Assembly (NCBI GenBank): GCA_964019425.1
Contig: OZ025796.1
Location: 1,054,001-1,118,000 of the forward strand
Direction of reading: 5' to 3'
Source: Flectonema sp. DT1601
Lineage: Eukaryota
DNA length: 64,000 nucleotides
Shown here: piece by piece, positions 23,048-30,675 of the stretch
How the letters are laid out: each line of letters starts with the position of its first letter
Numbering within the stretch: position 1 is the stretch's first letter
Notes under the pieces: model-generated
What the model was told of the DNA's origin: nothing
Database searches by the model: none
Seen by the model: the letters and a program-made list of their open reading frames with translations, nothing else
Position numbers and translations under genes: made by a program

Positions 23048-26000
23048 TTAAGTTCTTTTTAGTTTTGTCCTCTGGACTTGTCCATCCCCTACGTCACATA
23101 GATATTTTAATAGCATTACCATGCCATCAAAGTCATTAGACTGTTCTATTAACTCGTCTTCTGTTAATATAAGCGAGTCTAAATTCATTTTTCTTTCTTT
23201 GTAGAATGCTGGACATTCACAAACAAAGTGTTGCACTGTGTCCTCCACTTCACAGCAGAGACACAATCCATTTCTATATCGGTTATCAATTTGTTTTGTA
23301 GTAAAGCATGCCTTACCCATTCTTATTTGTGATATTAGTATTTCCATTTCCCTGTTGAATTTCTCCGGAAATGATTCCTTCTTTCCAATCATTACCTTTG
23401 TATGTAAATATTTCATTTTTGTTGTGACAGTTTTGTAGTCCACTTTTACATTGTTTTGCTCCATTTTAACCGCTTCCGCAGCCAGAGCATCAGCTCTCTC
23501 ATTTCCTTCTATACCGCAATGTGAGAATATATGGGACAGATTAACTTTGAGCCCTAATCCACATAGCAAGTCTAAAAGAATCCAGCACTTAAGACCCAAT
23601 TCAGTTTTTTGGTAGAAGTGGCCTCTCTTTAGCTCAGATAAAGCACTCTGTGAGTCCGATAGGATTAGAACCGCCTTGTTCTCTAGTTCCTCTCTCGATT
23701 TTTCCTTAAAAGATTTCAGTGTTGCATTGAGAGCGTAATAAATTGCAAACAACTCCGACCTAAAGGAAGAGCACAGTTTCCCTGCCGGGTACGTTCCCTC
23801 TATAACTTTGTTTTTATACTTAATCACAAAAGATGATCCTCCGGTCCCTTCACTTACAGAACCGTCGGTGTATATTTTCGCAAGTATGTTGTTTTCATAT
23901 TTTTCTTTCAACTTTCTAATGTATTCTTTACAAATTTTCTGATTCTGACTGAAATTTTCGCACTTTTTTACACCAATACTTTCGTTAATTTCTATATCTG
24001 CAAAATCCTTCCAAGGAGGAAAGTATGTGGGAGGATAATGTTCTACTGGTAGGTCTGTGAGACCAATGTCACTGTAAGTTTTTACCGCAAAGCACAAGGT
24101 TTGCATATGTTTAAAGTTAATTCTTCGTTTTTCCATCAATCTTTTGGTACAAGGAGAAGTTCGCAGTCGTTCGATCTTTGCAGCCCATCTTGCTGTTTCA
24201 ACAAGATAGTAGCTACTTAATTCGGCGATGCAGGATTCTTCCAAGACTTTTTCAAATTTTGTTCCGTAGTCAGCACCTGTTATTATTTGAGCTGCCTTCA
24301 TATGCAGAGTATTCAACTTTCTCATTAGCTTTCTATTTCGTACAATGGTACTGTACAAACTCTCCATTGCGTAAGTAAAGACAGGTATGATGTATATCAA
24401 GTAAACTAATCTGATGATATTCTTTGTACATCCCCATCTCTTATCAGCCAGCATTTTTAGGAAGCGAAGCTTCTTATTCACACTTTTACATATTCGTGAT
24501 ACATGATCAGAAAACGATAGGTCATTGTCTATTTGGACACCCAGAAACCTTTCTGAGACGGTTTCTGCGAGGTACGATTTATCTTTAAATTTTATTTTAT
24601 ACTTACATTTTATAATACGCGATGTACTTGAATCAATTATCATAAGTTTTGTTTTTTCCCTTGCCAACTCAAGGTCAATGTTATTCAGATGTGCTTCCGT
24701 TTCTGAGAAAGCGGTTTGTATTTTATTCGCAAGGTTGCCAGCAGATTTATCATCTGATACCACAAACGCAATATCATCAGCATAGAGTGACAGGTTCGCT
24801 TTTTTCTCTATTATTTCAGTTATTTCATCAATGTATACGATAAACAATATACTAGCAAGTACTGTTCCCTGAGGGACTCCATTAGTGAGCTTTATGTACT
24901 TGCTAACTTTGTTATTTATTATGGTTGCAGCAGTCCTTTTGTGTAGAAAGCTTTCAACCCATCTTATATAGTATTCAGGTATTGACATATTTTTCATTCT
25001 TTCGAGTAATTTTAGGTGGTTGACAGAATCAAAGGCTTTCTTTATATCCATGAATACAACCGCAGAAATTTTCCCTCTTATTCTATTCTCATTGAGTATA
25101 TCGATTAGGTACAGAATCTGTTCCCTACACGATCTCGTTTTACGATAAGCAGCTTGATTATGACTCAGGTTTTTAACACCATTGTTGTGTTTCTCCAAAT
25201 GATACACAAGTCTGTTCTTTATTAGTTTCTCGATAAGTTTAGCGATCGCTGGGGTAAGAGCTATCATTCTGTATGAAGCTGGGTTGTGGGGATCTTTTCC
25301 TGCTTTTGCAATCGGTACCCAATAAGTCTGTTTCCAGTCATTAGGTACGACCATGTTCAACCAGGAGTTATTTAATATATCTACTAGTATTTTTTGCATT
25401 TTTGGTTTTAAGTTCTGCAGCAGTATGGCATTCATCCCATCAGGTGAAGATTTGGTACTATGTAGTCTTCCCAATTGTGTCATCACCTCAGAAGGAGTGA
25501 ACGGAACTATGTCATCTCTTATGTTAATGTTGAAGTTTTGTCTATATTTTGTTTGTACATCTTTGCCAACAATGTTTGAGAAGAAATCAGTGAAGAAATC
25601 TGCCTTTTCTTTGTCGTCGAGAATTTTGTTCATATTTGTATCATGTATGAAAGGTATCTCTACTCTTTCACACCGTCCGTCAAGTTTCCTTACATCATCC
25701 ATATACTTTAGGATGCCACCTTCGTCCGGAGATCCATCATCCGTGACACATTCTTTGATTTTTTTTTCTATGTTTCTTTCTCTACACCCTTTTACTTTAT
25801 CACATATTTGTTCATTAAGTTTCTTTAAGAGCAACATATTCTCGTCATTTAAATCACTGTCATCAGTTATTTCCTTTTGTTTCTCCTCAAAATGACGGAG
25901 TTGCTCCATCAGTTCAGAATTCCACCATTTCCTTGCTCTTTGTTTTCGCACATAGATTCTCGGAACGTGTTTGCTTTTTGCTTTTAATATTTCATTTTTA

Positions 26001-26923
26001 AATATTTTTGCTTTACTTTCGTTTATTTTAATATTTTGTATTCTTTCTGAGGCCACTTCGAGGTCATCACTGAAGTTAGTCCAATCAGCTTTAGCCCAGT
26101 TGAAGCCACTTTTTCTAACTTTTTGATAGTCAACATTTTTACATGAGTTGTGTATAACAATCATCATTGGTGAGTGGTCAGAGTTTACTGTTCCAAGGGT
26201 AGACCAAGATTCTATTTTCATATTAGTGTTTGTCAGAGTCAGGTCTGGAGATGTCATTGACTCTAACCTTGTTGGGATTGATGGCTCATTCCAACACACA
26301 AGATTGTTTTCACTTATCCATTCTGTTATGATATCACCATTGATATCGTCAATTGGTTTATCTTCCCACATGTGATTATGTGCATTAAAGTCACCCATTA
26401 TGACAATGTTGTTTTTCATATTTCCTTTCAGATCAATGCAATCCAGATTGTAATTTGGGCTCCTTGTATCATTTATAATTTGTAATGGTGGACGGTAAAT
26501 ATTATAGATAATCAAAGGTTCTTCACATTGTAATTCCACAGCTGATATTTCTAGTGAGTCGCATTCACTTTGTGTGATCACAATCTCACTGAATTTATGT
26601 TTGTTATGAACATATGTCAATAGACCACCACCTCTAACAGGTTTTCCAACTTGCCTTGGTAGAGTTCTATCTTTCCTATATGGCGTATATTCATTAATTT
26701 CGGGTGTTTTCTTTCCCTTCGTTAAAAATGTCTCTTGGATCAATAGCACATCTGGTTCATAGTTAAATACGAGAAGACGTAAGAGTTCAATTGATGTGTT
26801 CATTGATCTTGTATTTACTGAAATTATCTTAAAGTCAGCATAAGTTCTTTCAATATTAGGTTCTAGGTTCGGGACTTTTGGAGGGAGTGAGAACTGATGT
26901 TCTGCTGGGTTGTTTTCCGCATG
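23048..26923 (-). CDS. LINE ORF2: AP endonuclease, reverse transcriptase, RNase H, C-terminal CCHC finger (first Met at 26803; frame open to 26923)
   Basis: APE: KIISVN, IQETFL, MGDFNAH, SPDLTL, SDHSPM. RT: SYRMIAL, DIKKAFDSV, GVPQG, LYADD, RFLGV. RNase H: YTDGS, RSELFAI, SDSQSAL, SHCGIEGNERADALA. Finger: CLCCEVEDTVQHFVCEC. No stops or frameshifts. Confidence 0.96.
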   Translation of the reverse strand, partial: HAENNPAEHQFSLPPKVPNLEPNIERTYADFKIISVNTRSMNTSIELLRLLVFNYEPDVLLIQETFLTKGKKTPEINEYTPYRKDRTLPRQVGKPVRGGGLLTYVHNKHKFSEIVITQSECDSLEISAVELQCEEPLIIYNIYRPPLQIINDTRSPNYNLDCIDLKGNMKNNIVIMGDFNAHNHMWEDKPIDDINGDIITEWISENNLVCWNEPSIPTRLESMTSPDLTLTNTNMKIESWSTLGTVNSDHSPMMIVIHNSCKNVDYQKVRKSGFNWAKADWTNFSDDLEVASERIQNIKINESKAKIFKNEILKAKSKHVPRIYVRKQRARKWWNSELMEQLRHFEEKQKEITDDSDLNDENMLLLKKLNEQICDKVKGCRERNIEKKIKECVTDDGSPDEGGILKYMDDVRKLDGRCERVEIPFIHDTNMNKILDDKEKADFFTDFFSNIVGKDVQTKYRQNFNINIRDDIVPFTPSEVMTQLGRLHSTKSSPDGMNAILLQNLKPKMQKILVDILNNSWLNMVVPNDWKQTYWVPIAKAGKDPHNPASYRMIALTPAIAKLIEKLIKNRLVYHLEKHNNGVKNLSHNQAAYRKTRSCREQILYLIDILNENRIRGKISAVVFMDIKKAFDSVNHLKLLERMKNMSIPEYYIRWVESFLHKRTAATIINNKVSKYIKLTNGVPQGTVLASILFIVYIDEITEIIEKKANLSLYADDIAFVVSDDKSAGNLANKIQTAFSETEAHLNNIDLELAREKTKLMIIDSSTSRIIKCKYKIKFKDKSYLAETVSERFLGVQIDNDLSFSDHVSRICKSVNKKLRFLKMLADKRWGCTKNIIRLVYLIYIIPVFTYAMESLYSTIVRNRKLMRKLNTLHMKAAQIITGADYGTKFEKVLEESCIAELSSYYLVETARWAAKIERLRTSPCTKRLMEKRRINFKHMQTLCFAVKTYSDIGLTDLPVEHYPPTYFPPWKDFADIEINESIGVKKCENFSQNQKICKEYIRKLKEKYENNILAKIYTDGSVSEGTGGSSFVIKYKNKVIEGTYPAGKLCSSFRSELFAIYYALNATLKSFKEKSREELENKAVLILSDSQSALSELKRGHFYQKTELGLKCWILLDLLCGLGLKVNLSHIFSHCGIEGNERADALAAEAVKMEQNNVKVDYKTVTTKMKYLHTKVMIGKKESFPEKFNREMEILISQIRMGKACFTTKQIDNRYRNGLCLCCEVEDTVQHFVCECPAFYKERKMNLDSLILTEDELIEQSNDFDGMVMLLKYLCDVGDGQVQRTKLKRT

Positions 26924-28012
26924 TCATTCATATTCACCATTTGACATGTCCATGTCAGTGTCACCAGTAGTGCCGGTAATTTCTGTCTGACCTAGTCCTG
27001 GCAATAAAATTTCTAATTTTGTTTCAATTTCTTTGAAACGCTTCTCTATTACTTCAAAGTTTCTGTTTTGTTTCGTCGCATTGATTTCGACGTTTGCGAT
27101 TCTTTTGTTGCTTAACTCAACATTCTTTTCTATATTGTCTATTTTATTAAAATATGTCTCGTTCATTGATAATAATTTGTCGAGCTTGCTCTCAATTCCA
27201 CTATTTTCTTGTTTATTTTCCTGTTGTTTTGTCTCACCAGACTTTACTTGTGGTTCACTTTTTGCAGTATGCGTAATTGATCTAGGCTTTGGCCTTTCTG
27301 TCCGGTTACACCGCAGTGTCACACCACTTTCTGGCCATTCTAGGACCATCCTGTCCTCTGCTCCCAGGAAGTCGTCTTCTATTTTGACGATCCACTTGCC
27401 GTCAATTATTTTTATCGCTTTCGCAGCGATGTCCTTAGTCGCAAAGTTAATTGCGATATTCTCTGCTGGGAGTCCCTTTGGGATACCCTCAACTGAGAAG
27501 TACCCCAGAGATTTCACGCCAATACTTTTGCGCACCTCCTCACGGGAAGCACTCTCTACTCTCACGCCATAATTCCCTCTGCATAATGCGACGCCATATG
27601 CGTTGCTCACTTTGTTGTTTATTTCTACGGCACTTTTTAGGTCCGTTTTCCCCAGCCATATTACACTTATCACCCTATTTAAAGGGTTATCTTTTTTCAG
27701 CCTAAAAAACATACCACCCCTTCCTGATACACTCAGGAATGTCCTTTGATGTTCTTCCTTTATTTTTATCAAGATAGAAAAAATTTTGATTTTGGGGAGA
27801 CTTCCGTTTGTCTCTACTTCAGAAACATCTGGTCGAAACATGCCCAGGATCCTACTGTTATAATCCAAAGAGGTAAAAACTCTATGGAACACTGTTTTTA
27901 GTTCACTATTTTCATTCAAAAATTCTTCAGCGCTAACGTTAGCTTCAGCTAGTGCTTTTTCTGTAGTTTCAGCAATAACAACGATTCCATCGGATACATT
28001 CCAGTCAGCCAT
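26924..28012 (-). CDS. LINE ORF1, 362 aa, C-terminal coiled coil, no recognised domain
   Basis: Intact ORF directly upstream of, and in frame with, ORF2; inside the candidate TSD boundaries. Confidence 0.8.
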   Translation of the reverse strand: MADWNVSDGIVVIAETTEKALAEANVSAEEFLNENSELKTVFHRVFTSLDYNSRILGMFRPDVSEVETNGSLPKIKIFSILIKIKEEHQRTFLSVSGRGGMFFRLKKDNPLNRVISVIWLGKTDLKSAVEINNKVSNAYGVALCRGNYGVRVESASREEVRKSIGVKSLGYFSVEGIPKGLPAENIAINFATKDIAAKAIKIIDGKWIVKIEDDFLGAEDRMVLEWPESGVTLRCNRTERPKPRSITHTAKSEPQVKSGETKQQENKQENSGIESKLDKLLSMNETYFNKIDNIEKNVELSNKRIANVEINATKQNRNFEVIEKRFKEIETKLEILLPGLGQTEITGTTGDTDMDMSNGEYE

Positions 28013-28028
28013 TTTGTGTTGTGTATGT

Positions 28029-28052
28029 CAATAAAGTACAGAAAGTAGCTTT
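28029..28052 (-). other. Genomic relic of a spliced-leader (mini-exon) 3' portion
   Basis: Minus strand reads AAAGCTACTTTCTGTACTTTATTG. The diplonemid SL as I recall it ends ...AAAAGCTACAGTTTCTGTACTTTATTG. It is followed by ACATAC (not GT), 16 nt before the ORF1 ATG. Confidence 0.82.
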
Positions 28053-28057
28053 CAGAG

Positions 28058-28140
28058 CCTCTCGTAGCTCAATTGGTAGAGCGCGCGACTGTAGAACCAC
28101 TGATATCGCGCGGTCGCTGGTTCGATTCCGGCCGAGAGGA
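28058..28140 (+). tRNA. tRNA-Tyr (GTA) with 10-nt intron at 28095-28104
   Basis: Acceptor CCTCTCG/CGAGAGG + A73 (C1:G72 eukaryotic Tyr identity), D arm GCTC/GAGC, anticodon stem CGCGA/TCGCG, loop CT-GTA-G^A, T arm GCTGG-TTCGATT-CCGGC. Confidence 0.97.
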
Positions 28141-28145
28141 TTTTT
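28141..28145 (+). terminator. Pol III oligo(dT) terminator of tRNA-Tyr
   Basis: TTTTT immediately after the discriminator base. Confidence 0.8.
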
Positions 28146-29460
28146 CCTTTTCTTGATGGGGTGGTAAGATATAAGTGAGCGGTCCAGTAGGCGAACGACA
28201 AGACAAGATTCGACTTCGAGACTGAGTGCAGGCACTCAAGCGAGAGGAAGAGATCCGAGAAATGGATAACCCCGGTACGACTTTTCCCATCAAAGGAAAA
28301 GGTACGCTCAGGAGCGAGCCAAGGCCGTCAAGAGGCATTGCGGAGGGACAAGGAACGATGAACTTGACGTGCCACGGACACTTCAAGAAGTGCACAGCAC
28401 TCAAAATGGTACATACATAAGTGAGGTCATAACTGCGCCGGACCTATTGCATCTTTTTTCTACACCTATATTCAAAAGAAAAGAGTCAGAAATCGATCCA
28501 AAATTCAAATCTCGTTCACACTTTGGCCTGACACAGAACCTTCTTGGAGATTTAATTTAAACCGTCATCTTTGTGCTCATGAATTAAAGAACAAGGAATT
28601 AAATTTGATATGCTTTTCATGTCCCATTCTTCTGAGTAGAAATCGGGCAGTCTCTTTTTTTTAATTCACCGACAGGGCAAGCAACACCTTCGAGAAGAGG
28701 AACAAGTGAATTAATTTCCCCCTTTGAAACAAAAAAAATCAAAAAAAGCACAGAAATTATAGCAGGCTAGTATCACGATCATGTGAAGGATATTGCTGGA
28801 CTTTTGTTTCCATCCAAAAATTTAATGTAATTATACAAGAGGATCGATCAACCTCTGACAATTCAGTGTAAAAAGAAAAGAAACTGACTGAGATAGAAAA
28901 AAAAAAAAAAAAAGAAAAAAAAGAGAACGACACTCGCTATGCATGTAATGATTGCTTCCGCTGGGCAACAATTCCTTTTCACCCATTCTTTATGAAAAAC
29001 CGACAGAGACCCATCAGATCCCTGTAACTAGGGTTCTTTTCAAACCTCAGCGAAAGACGAAAAAAAAAAAAAAAAAACAGAAAGAGGAAGAGGAGACGTT
29101 ATCACCTCACATTTACTTTTGCCATACTCTTTGCCTCAGCAAGGGATATACAGTGAAAGGTAATGCATATGAGTAATGCTGCTGTGAATTACTGCTGTAG
29201 TATCAGTCAAAAAAGAAATTTGCGACTAAAAAAGCCAAAAGGTTGCACAATGCGATATTTTTGCTCGATTTTTCTTGTCCATAACTGAGCTCCTTGAACA
29301 ATCACAAATCCTAACCTCCTAATTTCAGACGGCGCATTTAAATGCCGCTTCGATCGAAATTTTTACTATTTTTTTTTTAAAAACTTAGTTACAAAAAATG
29401 ATTTTGACTGGTATATTTTTTTTTCTTTTGGGGGCAGTTTGGAGGGAAACCTAACGGTTT

Positions 29461-30386
29461 TTATGCTGTAATTTGCTTACTGTTTGCTTCACATTGGTTC
29501 TTGATACTCTCAAACCACGGAGTTCTACCGCAGTTTGCGACGGCTAATTGCACTGCGTCTAAACAGTACCTGTTTTTTTATTATTTTGAAGGCAATCTGT
29601 GGGAAACAAAATCGATTTGTTTGAGAAATGAAATTAGTACATACACTCCCTTGAGGGCACCGAATAGTGCAAGTTCGGAAGCAGTTGCTCTTTTGTTGGT
29701 TCCGATGACGTTGAATGCGCTCCTAAGAGAAGCTTCAAGGTTCGAAGCGTCTGCAGCATCTCCGTGTTGCTGTCTGTAGGTGTATGTGATTACAGGACTC
29801 ATTACTGGAAAAACGATTTTCTCAGCAAGTCCATACTGAGAAGCAACGTTATTAATAGATTCGAAGCTCGCGAACATGTTCATAGTTATAGCTGGTACTA
29901 CTTGGCTATCGATAATTTCCATTGCCTTCGCATCAGACTTGCTGTAACCACCACTGAACCGACCTCCGCTTGCAACTGCCAAAGCCTTTACGATATCTGC
30001 ACTTTCATTCACCTGGTTTCCCTTTATAATCGCAATTGGCACCTTCTTGTAATCAGAAGAAAAGTAGATCTGCTCTTTTGTAAAGTAATCAACAGTTACG
30101 TTCTTGTATGGGGTTCCGTGGTAGTCTAGAAATGCAGAAACCTTAGAGCAGTAAAAAGACGGAGGGAAGCTGTAGATTCCCACTATATCTTCTTCCTTTG
30201 AGCTCCTTACAAGTTCAGTGTGTTCCTCGTAGTGCTGTTCAGCCTGTTTTTTAAGATTATTTTATAAGAGAATTCTTTGCTGCACCAATCTGGTGAATGA
30301 CAATAACAAACCTTTTTGATTCCGAATGCATATCCTGCAAACGGCGCGGCACCAATGATGGTACCCTTCAGTATTTTTGAAAACAT
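29461..30386 (-). CDS. Prostaglandin E synthase 2-like glutaredoxin/GST-fold protein; exons 30312-30386, 29645-30243, 29461-29569
   Basis: YCSKVSAFLDYHGTPY..V..KEQIYFSSDYKKVPI..NESADIV and ELALFGALKGV..PWFE resemble PTGES2; both inferred introns keep the frame. Confidence 0.8.
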
Positions 30387-30675
30387 TTTCTGAAGAAAAA
30401 CGGCGCTGAAAGAAGAGATAAATAGTAAATGAGATGCTGTTTTTTCATTTTAGCAGTAACAGAAACACTTCATTTTCCTTTCCTGTAAAGAAAACAATAA
30501 TTATCCGATTGAACAAACCAGTTGCTGGCTGTTTACAAAACATAATATAACAGGATAACAAAGCAGGGTGTACAAAAAGAGGGAAAAGATACCAAACTGG
30601 GCATTACAAAAAGGACTTCTATGTGTTTACGGACCTCTGCTCTGACGACGAAGTTGTTCAGTCGCAAAAGGAGTC

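Larger units (their letters stand above)
22542..28048 (-). mobile_element. Full-length non-LTR retrotransposon (APE-RT-RNase H type, Ingi/I-group-like), ~5.5 kb
   Basis: 26-nt poly(A) at 22542-22567, ~480-nt 3'UTR, ORF2, ORF1, SL-like 5' end. Candidate 8-bp TSD ctttcaga at 22534-22541 and 28049-28056. Confidence 0.92.

Noticed and set aside
25353..27572. Antisense ORFs (179-180 aa) within the LINE
   Set aside because: Shadow frames of the long sense ORFs, with no recognisable motifs.
26924..28140. tRNA-Tyr as the suppressor for the ORF1 stop
   Set aside because: Known tRNA-Tyr suppression is of UAG/UAA; the stop here is UGA.
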